Source: Vicinamibacterales bacterium (lineage in GTDB: Bacteria > Acidobacteriota > Vicinamibacteria > Vicinamibacterales > UBA2999). From it: a stretch of DNA of 64,000 nucleotides. Location: positions 448,618 to 512,617 of the forward strand of contig JBAZYO010000001.1 of the NCBI GenBank assembly GCA_041659285.1, in the 5' to 3' direction. Below, one piece after another: positions 1 to 9,114 of this stretch. Each line of letters begins with the position of its first letter. Position 1 is the stretch's first letter. The notes under the pieces were generated by a model. That model was not told where the DNA came from. It did not search any database and saw only the letters and a program-made list of their open reading frames with translations. Position numbers and translations under genes: made by a program.

Positions 1-407
1 TCGGCCATGCTGCGAATGGTCCGCAGCGAGGCGCGCTCCTCGGCCAGGCCCTCGGTGATGGGCCGATCGGGCGCCAGCGGGTGCGGCCGCCGCGTCTCGC
101 TGAAACGCCGGACCAGCTCGGCCTGGCCGGCTTCGAGGAAGATCAGCTTCGCGCGGAGGTGCTTGTTGGTCTTGAGCTTGCGATAGACCCGCGGGAAGTC
201 GCTGACGAAGCGCGACTCGCGGACGTCCATCACCACTGCGACGCGGTTGTGCTCGGTCTGCCGCTCGCTGAGCTCCGCCATCACCGGCAGCAGCGACACC
301 GGCAGGTTGTCGACGCAGTAGTAGCCGAGGTCCTCGAGCGCGCGAATCGCCTGCGACTTGCCCGATCCCGACAGGCCGGTGAGCACGATGAAGCGGGCCC
401 AGCTCAT
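1..407 (-). CDS. rapZ: RNase adapter protein RapZ (P-loop NTPase), N-terminal part; the gene runs off the window start
   Basis: Minus-strand translation from the ATG at 407 reads MSWARFIVLTGLSGSGKSQAIRALEDLGYYCVDNLP, the RapZ/YvcJ N-terminus with Walker A. It starts 17 nt after the hprK stop. Confidence 0.85.
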   Translation of the reverse strand, partial: MSWARFIVLTGLSGSGKSQAIRALEDLGYYCVDNLPVSLLPVMAELSERQTEHNRVAVVMDVRESRFVSDFPRVYRKLKTNKHLRAKLIFLEAGQAELVRRFSETRRPHPLAPDRPITEGLAEERASLRTIRSMA

Positions 408-424
408 GGGCGAGCGGGCCTTGC

Positions 425-1444
425 TCACAGTTCCTCGTCCTCTTCCAGGTGCCTGGATGCCGAGGTGCCCGGGTGCTGGTGTGCCGAGGCGTTCAACAGG
501 CCGGCGTCGAGGCGCTTGACCAGCTCGCGCGCGGCGTTGATGCCGCGCATGCGCAGCAGCTGGTTCCGCGCCGCCACTTCGACCAGGATGGCGAGGTTGC
601 GTCCGGGCGCCACCGGCATGCGGATCAACGGCACCTTGAGGCCGATCAGGTCGTAGACCGCATCATCCAACCCCAGGCGGTCGTACTCGAGGTCGGGATC
701 CCAGCGATCGAGCTGCACCACCAGCTCGACGCGCTTCGAGGTGCGCGTCGACGCCACGCCGAACAGGTCGCGGATGTTGATCAGGCCGAGGCCGCGGACC
801 TCCATGTGGTGGCGGGTCAGCTCCGGGCAGGCGCCGATCACGATTGACTCGGCGCGGCGCCGCACTTCCACCGTGTCGTCGGCGACCAGCCGATGGCCGC
901 GGACCACGAGGTCGAGCGCGCACTCGCTCTTGCCGATGCCGCTCTCGCCGACGATCAGCACGCCCAGGCCGAGAATGTCGAGCAGCACGCCGTGGATCAT
1001 CTCGCGGGCGGCGAGCCGGTCCTCGAGAATCGCGGTCAGCTTGCCGATGGCGGTGGCGGTCGGCACCGTCGTGCGCAGCACGGGCACGTCGGCGCGCTCG
1101 CCCTCGAGCGCCACTTCGGGCGGCAGCTCGGCGCCGCCGGTGATCAGCAGGCACGGCAGCGATTCGTTGAAGCACTTGCTCAGGGCGAGACGCCGCGCGC
1201 CCGGCTCCATGCTCTCCAGGAAGCGCACTTCGCTGTCGCCGAACAGCAGGATGCGTCCGGCCTGCAGGTATTCGTGGAAGCCGGCCAGGGCGAGGCCGGT
1301 CTTCTGGATGTAAGGGCTGGTGATGTGCCGTTCGAGCCCGTTGGCGCCGGCCAGCAGTTCGATCGACAAGCCGACCGATTCGGGCCGTGCGTCGAGCAGG
1401 CCGCGTACGGTGATGGCCGGGGTGATGGACATCGTCTCGCGCAA
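425..1444 (-). CDS. hprK: HPr kinase/phosphorylase
   Basis: 339-aa ORF with Walker A GESGIGKSE and the HprK C-terminal signature MEVRGLGLINIRDLFG. It lies directly after rpoN. Confidence 0.9.
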   Translation of the reverse strand: MRETMSITPAITVRGLLDARPESVGLSIELLAGANGLERHITSPYIQKTGLALAGFHEYLQAGRILLFGDSEVRFLESMEPGARRLALSKCFNESLPCLLITGGAELPPEVALEGERADVPVLRTTVPTATAIGKLTAILEDRLAAREMIHGVLLDILGLGVLIVGESGIGKSECALDLVVRGHRLVADDTVEVRRRAESIVIGACPELTRHHMEVRGLGLINIRDLFGVASTRTSKRVELVVQLDRWDPDLEYDRLGLDDAVYDLIGLKVPLIRMPVAPGRNLAILVEVAARNQLLRMRGINAARELVKRLDAGLLNASAHQHPGTSASRHLEEDEEL

Positions 1445-1478
1445 GTCCCGGCGGGCATGGGCCCCGCCTCGTTGACTT

Positions 1479-2912
1479 CTAGAACAGCACCTTCCGCTGG
1501 TTGGAGGTCGGAATCTTCAGCTCTTCCCGGTACTTCGCGATGGTGCGCCGCGCCAGCATCAGACCCTCCCGCTGCAGGATGTTGACGATCTTCGAGTCGC
1601 TGAGCGGCTTCTTGGGGTCCTCGCCCTCGATGATCTTCTTGATCCGGTTCTTGATGGTCACCGACGACACCGCGTCGCCGTACGAGCTGCTGATGCCGCT
1701 GTGGAAGAAGTACTTCATTTCGAACACGCCCTGGGGCGTGTGCATGTACTTGTTGGTGACCACGCGGCTGACGGTCGATTCGTGCATGCCGATGTCGTTG
1801 GCGACGTCGCGCAAGACCAGCGGCCGCAGGTGCTCGATGCCGTGATCGAGGAAGTCGCGCTGGAACGTGCAGATGCTGGTGGCCACCTTGTGGATGGTCT
1901 TCTGCCGCTGCTCCACCGACTTAATCAGCCACAGCGCCGAGCGGAACTTGTCTTTCACGTAGGCGCGCGTCTCGTCGTTGTTCTCGGCCGCGCCCTTGTC
2001 GAGCAGGCGGCGGTAGGTCGGGCTGATCCGCAGTTGCGGCAGGCCGTCTTCGTTCAGCACCGCGACGTACTGATCCTCGACCTTGACGATGTAGACGTCG
2101 GGAATGACGTACTGCGACGGCTGCGGGTTGAAGCGGCTGCCCGGCTTGGGGTCGAGGTGCTGGATGATCTCGATGTGACCCTTCAGCTCTTCGAGCGTCA
2201 GCCCCAGCTTGCGGGCCAGGTCCGGCATCTGGTGGTTGTGCAGCAGGCGCAGGTGCTCGGAGACGATCTTCTCCGTGGGCGTGCCTTCGAGGTGCAGGTG
2301 CTTGATCTGCAGCGTCAGGCATTCCTGCAGGTCGCGGGCCGCCACGCCGATGGGGTCGAAGCCCTGGATCAGGCGCAGCGCCTTCTCCACTTCGTCTACC
2401 GGCCAGGGCCCCATCGAGGCGATTTCATCCACCGACGCCACCAGGTAGCCGTCGTCGTCGAGGTTGCCGATGATCGCTTCGCCAATCTCGCGGTTGACGT
2501 CGGCCTCGGACTGCAGGGACAGCTGCCATTCGAGATGGTCGGTCAGCGACGAGCTGGTCGACAGTGTGTTCTCGATCGGCGGCAGTTCCTTGACCTCCTG
2601 CGGCGCCCGCGGGCGGTAGCCGTCGTCCAGGTAATCGCCGAAGAAGTACTCGTAGTCGGCGTCGTCCCAGGAATCGGTCTTGTCGGCCTTGGCCTTGTCT
2701 TCGCTCTCTTTTTCGGCAGCCGGCTGCGCCTCCGCGGCCTGGAGGTCCTCGGTGGGGACTTCCTCGAGCAGCGGGTTCTCGACGACCTCCTGGTTGAGGA
2801 GATCCGCGAGTTCCAATGTCGACATTGGAAGAAGCTTGATCGCCTGCTGCAGCGACGGCGTCAGGATCAGCTTTTGCGCGAGTCTGGTTTGGAGCTTCTG
2901 CTGAATGGCCAT
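1479..2912 (-). CDS. rpoN: RNA polymerase sigma-54 factor
   Basis: 477-aa ORF with an acidic region II, a core-binding region and the C-terminal RpoN box ARRTIAKYREELKIP. It shows the conserved lptB-rpoN synteny. Confidence 0.95.
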   Translation of the reverse strand: MAIQQKLQTRLAQKLILTPSLQQAIKLLPMSTLELADLLNQEVVENPLLEEVPTEDLQAAEAQPAAEKESEDKAKADKTDSWDDADYEYFFGDYLDDGYRPRAPQEVKELPPIENTLSTSSSLTDHLEWQLSLQSEADVNREIGEAIIGNLDDDGYLVASVDEIASMGPWPVDEVEKALRLIQGFDPIGVAARDLQECLTLQIKHLHLEGTPTEKIVSEHLRLLHNHQMPDLARKLGLTLEELKGHIEIIQHLDPKPGSRFNPQPSQYVIPDVYIVKVEDQYVAVLNEDGLPQLRISPTYRRLLDKGAAENNDETRAYVKDKFRSALWLIKSVEQRQKTIHKVATSICTFQRDFLDHGIEHLRPLVLRDVANDIGMHESTVSRVVTNKYMHTPQGVFEMKYFFHSGISSSYGDAVSSVTIKNRIKKIIEGEDPKKPLSDSKIVNILQREGLMLARRTIAKYREELKIPTSNQRKVLF

Positions 2913-2929
2913 GTCCGGCTCTTACAATC

Positions 2930-3658
2930 TTAGTCCAGCCGGAAATCCGTCCCGAGGTAAATCCGACGGACTTCCTCGTCCGCGGCCAGCGCCGCCGGGG
3001 TGCCGCTCCTGAAAATGGCCCCGTCGGTGACGATGTAGGCGCGGTCGGTGATCTTCAGGGTCTGCAGCACGTTGTGGTCGGTAATCAGGATGCCGATGCC
3101 GCGATCCCGGAGGTGGAAGATGATCTTCTGGATCTCGGTGACCGCAATCGGATCGATGCCCGCGAACGGCTCGTCCAGGAGGATGAACCGCGGGTTCATG
3201 ACCAGGGCGCGGGTAATCTCGGCGCGCCGGCGCTCGCCCCCAGACAGGGTGTAGGCGGGCGAATTGGCGAGCGGTGTCAGCCCGAGCTCGGCCAGCAGCT
3301 CGCGCAGGCGCGTCCGCCGATCGGCGGCATTCAGGTCCAGCGTTTCGAGGATGGCGAGAATGTTCTGCTCGACGGTCAGGCCGCGGAAGATCGACGGCTC
3401 CTGCGGCAGGTAGCCGATGCCCTTGCGCGCGCGGACGTACATCGGGTCGTCGGTGACGTCCTTGCCGTCGAGCAGGACGCGCCCGGCGTCCGGCGAGGTC
3501 AGGCCGACCGTCATGTAGAACGTCGTCGTCTTGCCGGCGCCGTTGGGGCCCAGCAGCCCGACGACCTCGCCCGAGTTCACTTCAAGGCTCACGCCGCGCA
3601 CCACCGTGCGGCCGCCGTATGACTTGGTCAGTTCGTGTGTGCGAAGGGTCGAAGGCAT
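2930..3658 (-). CDS. lptB: LPS export ABC transporter ATP-binding protein
   Basis: 242-aa ABC ATPase with Walker [10 protein letters not shown] and signature LSGGERRR. It lies immediately upstream of rpoN. Confidence 0.9.
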   Translation of the reverse strand: MPSTLRTHELTKSYGGRTVVRGVSLEVNSGEVVGLLGPNGAGKTTTFYMTVGLTSPDAGRVLLDGKDVTDDPMYVRARKGIGYLPQEPSIFRGLTVEQNILAILETLDLNAADRRTRLRELLAELGLTPLANSPAYTLSGGERRRAEITRALVMNPRFILLDEPFAGIDPIAVTEIQKIIFHLRDRGIGILITDHNVLQTLKITDRAYIVTDGAIFRSGTPAALAADEEVRRIYLGTDFRLD

Positions 3659-3670
3659 CAGTTGGAGGCG

Positions 3671-5773
3671 CTACTTGGGCGGCGTTGCGGCGCACTTGCC
3701 GCCGCCCTTCGTCTGCGTGCGGACTTCGTTGTTGCCGTCGACTTGGACTCTATCGGACGCCTTGAAGAAGGTCAACGTCTTGCCGCTCAATTCCTGGCAG
3801 TCGGCGTCGATCATGGTGACCGGCGACCCGAGGACGACGTATTTCTCGTCCGCCGGCACGTACGACAACCGCGCCCCGGTGACGGTCCGCTTGTCGACGA
3901 TGGCGGTGACTTTGTCGGTGGCCTCGAGGCGCGTCAGGCTGTTCTCGTCTGGCGCCAGCACGATCTCGATCTTCTCCGCATGCAGGTTGCCGGACTCCCC
4001 ATCCAGTTGCGCGGCGGTCTCGTAGACGGCGCGGCGGGCCTGGTCGGTGTAGGTGAACGAACCGCCGCGCGCAATGGTCGGCGGGGCCGCGCTGCCGGCG
4101 GGCGCATCCTTGCGGACAATGGCGAGCGTGGTGACCACCTTGCCGACCGCGATCAAGTCGCCCTTGGTCTCGTCGATCGTCAGGGTGTCGGCGTTGATCT
4201 GCGTCTGGCCCTGCAGCAGGCGGGCCTGGCCCTTGTACTCACCGCGGCGAGTCACCTCGTCGTAGGTCAACGAATCGGCAATCACGTTGACCGGGTCCTT
4301 GTCGCCCAATAACCCGGGCCGCTTCCCGGCCGGTGCGTTGCCGGTGGGCTTGCGGGGCGGCTGCAGCGCACTCCTGACCTTGCCGGTGGCCACCATCTTC
4401 CTGGGGTCCAGGGTGAGGTCGATGGCGTCGGCATCAATCGTCAAGGTGTCGTCCTTGATGCGGGGACCGGCCGCGCCCTCCTTGCCACTGAGCGCGAGGG
4501 TGCCGGCCGTGATCCGGTAGCGCGCCTGGTTGCTCGTCGCGGTCAGCGGGCCGTCGGTGAACTGGAACCGGCCGGCGAACGTGGCTTCCTGCAGGGCGCC
4601 CGAAGCCGGCTCGAGCGAGGCCTCCAGGCTCTGCGCGCTGGCCACGCGCGCGCCCTGGGTCCTGGTGGCGGCCTCGGCGTAGTTCACGCCTTCCTGGAAC
4701 TTCATCAACGACAGGCCCTGCGCGCCGCCCGCCGCGGTGAGGACGTTTGAGCGGATGGTGCGGGCCGAGGTGTCTTTGGTGGCCGGGAGCGTGACCGTCA
4801 CCGACTGCCGCGCCGCCAGGCTTCTGACGCTGCCGTCCGGGTCCAGTGCGATGTCGAGGAACTCGCCGCTCAGCCGCTGTCCGGCCACGCCGCCCTTCCC
4901 CGCCAGCTGAATCGCGCTCTGGCCGGCCAGGGTCGCGTTCTGCAGCGTCCGCCCATCGTCTCCGTAATCGAGGTTCATGTCGCGGGCGGCCATCGACTGC
5001 AGCGCGCCCATGCCGGTGCCGCCGGTGACGCGCGAGTCACCGCGCAGTTCGATCAGGTCCGGCTCGTCGCGATCGGGGAACAGGTGGACGACCGCCTCGC
5101 CGGCGTCAATCAGCTGCCCTTCCCGATCCATGTGCATGGTGCGCTCGAAACGCATGTAGCGATCGGTCCGCGCAAAGCCGAACGCGCCGGCGGTCACCTC
5201 CATCGCGCCCGCGGTGCCTTCGGGCGCGAAATGCACGTTGGCCTGATCGAGGAGCCACAGGGTGTTGCGTTGTTGGTCAAAGGTGAAGCCGACGCCGGTG
5301 CCCGACATGCGGCCGCGCGTGAAGCGGACCGCGCCCGGCGCGCGCACGATCTTCTCCGCATCGGTGTAGGTGGCTTCTTCACTGAACGCGGTGAGGCCGT
5401 CGTTGGTCTCGAGCTTGACCTCGCCCTTCACCTCGAAGGAGCTCTGGTCCTTGCCGACCCGGGCCTCCTTGCCGGTGATCACGAAGTTGCGGCCGCCGCG
5501 GTTGTCGACCATCACCTTGACGCCGAGCAGCTTGGTCTCGCCGCTCTGATAGGTGACCTGGCCCTGGAACTCGATCCGCAGATCCTGGCGGGCGCCCTTG
5601 AGCTGGATGACATCGCCGCCGCGCGTCTCCACGGTGGCCGCGGGATCGAGCCGCTCGACCGGCGGCGGAGCCACGCGCACCTCACGGGGCCGCAGCGAGT
5701 AGGCCACCGCGCCGACCACGCCGATGGCGACCAGCGCCAGCGCCGCACGCGCGCGTTTCTGCCAGGGAGTCAC
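3671..5773 (-). CDS. Membrane-anchored LptC/LptA (OstA-like) multi-domain protein
   Basis: 700-aa ORF with an N-terminal TM anchor (ALALVAIGVVGAVAY). This is followed by repeated OstA/LptA-type beta-jellyroll segments, for example ADSLTYDEVTRRGEYKGQARLLQGQTQINADTLTID and GGSFTYTDQARRAVYETAAQLDG. The ORF ends 12 nt before lptB. Confidence 0.6.
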   Translation of the reverse strand: MTPWQKRARAALALVAIGVVGAVAYSLRPREVRVAPPPVERLDPAATVETRGGDVIQLKGARQDLRIEFQGQVTYQSGETKLLGVKVMVDNRGGRNFVITGKEARVGKDQSSFEVKGEVKLETNDGLTAFSEEATYTDAEKIVRAPGAVRFTRGRMSGTGVGFTFDQQRNTLWLLDQANVHFAPEGTAGAMEVTAGAFGFARTDRYMRFERTMHMDREGQLIDAGEAVVHLFPDRDEPDLIELRGDSRVTGGTGMGALQSMAARDMNLDYGDDGRTLQNATLAGQSAIQLAGKGGVAGQRLSGEFLDIALDPDGSVRSLAARQSVTVTLPATKDTSARTIRSNVLTAAGGAQGLSLMKFQEGVNYAEAATRTQGARVASAQSLEASLEPASGALQEATFAGRFQFTDGPLTATSNQARYRITAGTLALSGKEGAAGPRIKDDTLTIDADAIDLTLDPRKMVATGKVRSALQPPRKPTGNAPAGKRPGLLGDKDPVNVIADSLTYDEVTRRGEYKGQARLLQGQTQINADTLTIDETKGDLIAVGKVVTTLAIVRKDAPAGSAAPPTIARGGSFTYTDQARRAVYETAAQLDGESGNLHAEKIEIVLAPDENSLTRLEATDKVTAIVDKRTVTGARLSYVPADEKYVVLGSPVTMIDADCQELSGKTLTFFKASDRVQVDGNNEVRTQTKGGGKCAATPPK

Positions 5774-5800
5774 AACTCAGATTGTACCAATAGACCAGGG

Positions 5801-5830
5801 CCGCAGATGACACAGATGACACAGACCATG
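5801..5830 (+). repeat. Short tandem array CAGATGACA x2-3 preceded by GCCGCAGAT core
   Basis: The sequence reads ccgCAGATGACACAGATGACACAGACCATGAC. It shares the GCCGCAGAT core with arrays at 9059, 18007 and 20734. Confidence 0.7.
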
Positions 5831-5877
5831 ACGATTAACCATTCAGGCCGGCATGGCCCGGCCCGCTCACGAGGGGG

Positions 5878-5909
5878 TTGACATCCTACATCCCAACGGA
5901 TGTAGGATG
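5878..5909 (+). promoter_or_regulatory. Putative padR promoter with an embedded perfect 12-bp inverted repeat (likely PadR operator)
   Basis: TTGACA lies at 5878-5883. The inverted repeat is CATCCTACATCC-caac-GGATGTAGGATG at 5882-5909. A TAGGAT -10-like hexamer lies at 5903-5908, only 6 nt before the padR ATG at 5915. Confidence 0.5.
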
Positions 5910-5914
5910 CCTAC

Positions 5915-6274
5915 ATGCCGAGAACCGTGCGCTACAAGAGCCGGATGGACCTGATGCAAGGAACCCTCGACCTGATCATCCTGCAGACGTTGAGGCGCGG
6001 GCCGCAGCATGGCTACGGTATCAGCCAGGCAATCAACGCCGCGTCCCGCGAGGCCTTCAAGGCGGAAACGGGCACGCTCTATCCGGCCCTGCACCGGCTC
6101 GAGGAGCGAGGCTGGATTGCTTCCGAGTGGAAGACCTCCGACAACAAGCAGCGGGCCAACTACTACAAGCTCACTGCAGCGGGGCGCAAGCGCCTCGCCA
6201 GTGAACAGTCCCGCTGGCTCCAGCTCGTCGAGGCCATGGCGTCGCTGATGTCGGTGCGGGATCATGAAGCGTAA
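5915..6274 (+). CDS. PadR family transcriptional regulator
   Basis: 119-aa ORF with the winged-helix core GTLDLIILQTLRRGPQHGYGISQAI...GTLYPALHRLEERGWI typical of PadR. It overlaps the next gene by 11 nt. Confidence 0.9.
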   Translation: MPRTVRYKSRMDLMQGTLDLIILQTLRRGPQHGYGISQAINAASREAFKAETGTLYPALHRLEERGWIASEWKTSDNKQRANYYKLTAAGRKRLASEQSRWLQLVEAMASLMSVRDHEA

Positions 6275-8909
6275 GGATCGCGAGCAGAGGCTGGCCGAGG
6301 AGATCGAGTCGCACCTTGCGATGGCGACGCGCGATCGCATCGAGCGCGGGGAGTCGCCGGAGGAGGCCCGACAGGCCGCACTCCTGGAGTTCGGTAACGT
6401 GCCGCTCGTGGCCCAGACGACCCGGGAGACGTGGTCGTGGGTTCGGCTAGAGCAGCTGCTCCAGGACCTGCGATTTGGCGCGCGGATCCTCTGGCATTCC
6501 CCGGCGCTAAGCCTGACGGCCGTGTTGCTGGTTGCCTTGGTGGTCGGCGGTAACACGACGGTGTATTCCGTCGTGCGCGGCGTGCTCACCAGTCCAGCGC
6601 GTGGCGTCCTCGCCGAGCGCCTGGTCACGATCAAGCACACGGAACCCGGTCGGATGCTGAGCGACCCGTACGTGAGCTATCCGAATTATCGCGATTACGC
6701 CTCCCAGTCCACGACCGTGCGCGGCCTGGCCGGCTGGGCCGACGAACGGCTGACCGTTGGCGTCGCGTCCGGCAGTTTCGCCCACTTCGGCGCGCTGGTG
6801 ACGGCCAACTATATCGAGACCCTCGGTGTGGCGATTGCGGCGGGCCGGCGGTTTCGACCGGACGATGACCAGGCGCGCGACGGACTGGTCGCGATCGTCA
6901 GCGACCGCTTCTGGCGCGAGCGACTGCAAGGAGCCCCCGAAGCCATCGGCCAGCCGATCACCGTCAACGGGCGTGTGGCCACCGTCGTCGGAGTGACCGC
7001 CGGTGGCTTCCGAGGCGCCACCCTCACGCCAGGTGAGGATCTATGGCTGCCGCTCACGCCGTATTACCAGGCGATCGGCAGCGGCGCCGTCCTGCAGAAT
7101 CGGGGACAGTGGCTGGTGCTGATGGCCGGGCAGCTGGCGCCGGGGGCATCGCTGGCCGGCGCGGGCGCCGAGTTCGCCGCGATGGCCGACCAGTTGCGCG
7201 CGGCCCACCCCGCCGACCTCAAGGATGCCCGAACCGTAGTCAGTGACTACTCCGCCGCCGCTCTCCTCCCGGTTGCCGTGATGGCGCCGCGGTTCCTCGC
7301 CCTCTTCAGTGTGGTGACACTAATCACCCTCCTGATCGTATCGGCCAATGTGGCCAACCTGATGCTGAGCCGCTCGGTCATGCGGCAGCGTGATACCGCG
7401 GTGCGCCAGTCTCTCGGCGCCTCGCGCACCCGTATCGTTCGAATGCTGGTCGCCGAAGGCGTGGCGGTCTCGGCGGCGGCGTGGGTGGCCGCGTCCCTGT
7501 TCGCCTGGTGGACCGCCCGGGTGCTGATTCGCGTAGTCGAACCCCAGGCGGGCGTGCTCGGCGAGATCAAGCCCGACTGGCAGGTGGCGGCATACGCCAT
7601 GGGGCTGGCGATGGTGGCGACCGTTGCCTTCACGACGGCCCCGGCATTGCGGACGTGGCGGCTGCAGGTGCTGCCGTGGCTGCGCAGCGGCGAGCCCGGT
7701 GTCGCGCCGGGCCGGTCGAAACTGTCGAGCGCGCTGGTCGTGATGCAGCTGGCCTTCTCGGTGTTACTCCTCACCAGCGCGGGCCTGGCGTATCGGTCGT
7801 TGTCGTTGCTCGATAGTGGCCAACCGGGTTTCAATACCGACAACCTATTGCTGGTGACCGTGCGCGCGGGCCGGGCGGGAGCGTATGTGACGGCCGCGCC
7901 GAGCGCCGCCGAGCGCGACGCCGGGTTTGCGCTGATCGCACGCATGCACGAACGATTGGGCGCCTTGGGTGACGTCGCGGCGGTGACCTACTCGCGGCGA
8001 GTCCCCAACGGCAATTTCATTGGCACCAGCCCGGTGGCGCGCGATGCTGAGGTGAAGCCGACGCCCGCAGTCATTCGGCCGGTCGGCCCGGATTATTTGC
8101 GCGCGCTTGGCCTGGCGCCGAGCGCGGGCCGCGAGATCACGATGGCGGACCGGCGCGGCAGCGCCCGCGTCGCGGTGATCAACCAACACCTGGCCGCGGA
8201 GCTGTTTGGCGTGCAGTCGCCGCTCGGCCACACGTTGTTGGTTGGCGATCGCCGGCAGCCGGCAGAAGTGATCGGGGTTGCGCCGAACGCGCTCTATGAC
8301 GGCCCGTCGCATGATGAGCGGCCACGCTATCTGTTCCTCGCGCAGCAGCAGGCCGACGGCGATCCGCCAGTGGATCCCACCTTCTACATCCGCCATCGCG
8401 GCAGCCTCGAAAGCACGACCGCAGCGGCGAGCCGGGCGCTGGCCGGCGTCGACGCCAGCGTCCCGATCGTCACCATGTCGACCATGAACGCGCGTCTCCA
8501 AAGCGTGACGGTGCTGGAGCGCATGATCGCCAGGCTGCTGATGGCGTTCGCGGTGGCGTCGCTGGTAGTTGCCGCTTTAGGGCAGTACGCGGTGGCCATG
8601 TTCAACACGCGCCGCCGGACGAAGGACTTCGGCGTGCGAATGGCGATTGGCGCCTCATCTTCGCAGATCCAGCGCGACGTCATTGCCGAGGCCTTGCGGC
8701 TCACATGGCGGGGCCTGGTTCTCGGGTTCGTCCTCAGCGCTGGTGCCGGCTTTGCCGCCAGAAGCGTGTTGTTTGGCGTTACGCCTACCGACCCGCTCAC
8801 TTACGCCGCCGTGTTCGCCGTCCTGGCGACGGCGTCAGTCGCGGCGTCGTACCTCCCGGCATGGCGCGCCGGACGCGTCAACGTGGTGGAGGCGCTCCGG
8901 CAGGAGTGA
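6264..8909 (+). CDS. ADOP-type duplicated MacB/FtsX permease (orphan ABC permease)
   Basis: 881-aa ORF. The N-terminal cytoplasmic helix region is REQRLAEEIESHLAMATRDRIERGESPEEARQAALLEFGN. Two MacB-periplasmic-domain + FtsX 4-TM modules follow. It is paired with PadR, as is usual for this family. Confidence 0.8.
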   Translation: MKRKDREQRLAEEIESHLAMATRDRIERGESPEEARQAALLEFGNVPLVAQTTRETWSWVRLEQLLQDLRFGARILWHSPALSLTAVLLVALVVGGNTTVYSVVRGVLTSPARGVLAERLVTIKHTEPGRMLSDPYVSYPNYRDYASQSTTVRGLAGWADERLTVGVASGSFAHFGALVTANYIETLGVAIAAGRRFRPDDDQARDGLVAIVSDRFWRERLQGAPEAIGQPITVNGRVATVVGVTAGGFRGATLTPGEDLWLPLTPYYQAIGSGAVLQNRGQWLVLMAGQLAPGASLAGAGAEFAAMADQLRAAHPADLKDARTVVSDYSAAALLPVAVMAPRFLALFSVVTLITLLIVSANVANLMLSRSVMRQRDTAVRQSLGASRTRIVRMLVAEGVAVSAAAWVAASLFAWWTARVLIRVVEPQAGVLGEIKPDWQVAAYAMGLAMVATVAFTTAPALRTWRLQVLPWLRSGEPGVAPGRSKLSSALVVMQLAFSVLLLTSAGLAYRSLSLLDSGQPGFNTDNLLLVTVRAGRAGAYVTAAPSAAERDAGFALIARMHERLGALGDVAAVTYSRRVPNGNFIGTSPVARDAEVKPTPAVIRPVGPDYLRALGLAPSAGREITMADRRGSARVAVINQHLAAELFGVQSPLGHTLLVGDRRQPAEVIGVAPNALYDGPSHDERPRYLFLAQQQADGDPPVDPTFYIRHRGSLESTTAAASRALAGVDASVPIVTMSTMNARLQSVTVLERMIARLLMAFAVASLVVAALGQYAVAMFNTRRRTKDFGVRMAIGASSSQIQRDVIAEALRLTWRGLVLGFVLSAGAGFAARSVLFGVTPTDPLTYAAVFAVLATASVAASYLPAWRAGRVNVVEALRQE

Positions 8910-9058
8910 GCCGCAGAGCGGCCATCATCTGTGACGAGGCGTTGGAACCGGGTATCGCCGCTTTGTGCGGACCCAGCCACTTGGAGGTGAAGAGGGTGTG
9001 AGACCAGACTCACTGCGGCGACTCGTTTAGACAGGATTCTGAATGTAGATGAATCGGC

Positions 9059-9114
9059 GTCTAATCTGCGTCTAATCGGTGGCTGTCTTGGTACCTGTGG
9101 CTGTCTTGGTCTCT
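9059..9114 (-). repeat. Composite short tandem array overlapping the recJ stop codon
   Basis: GTCTAATCTGC/GTCTAATCGGT is followed by GGCTGTCTTGGTACCT/GTGGCTGTCTTGGTCTCT. The second part encodes the RecJ tail TKTATGTKTATD. Confidence 0.7.

Noticed and set aside
8911-8923. GCCGC-aga-GCGGC hairpin just after the ADOP permease stop, read as a terminator.
   Set aside because: The stem is only 5 bp with a 3-nt loop and has no U tract. This is not enough for a call.
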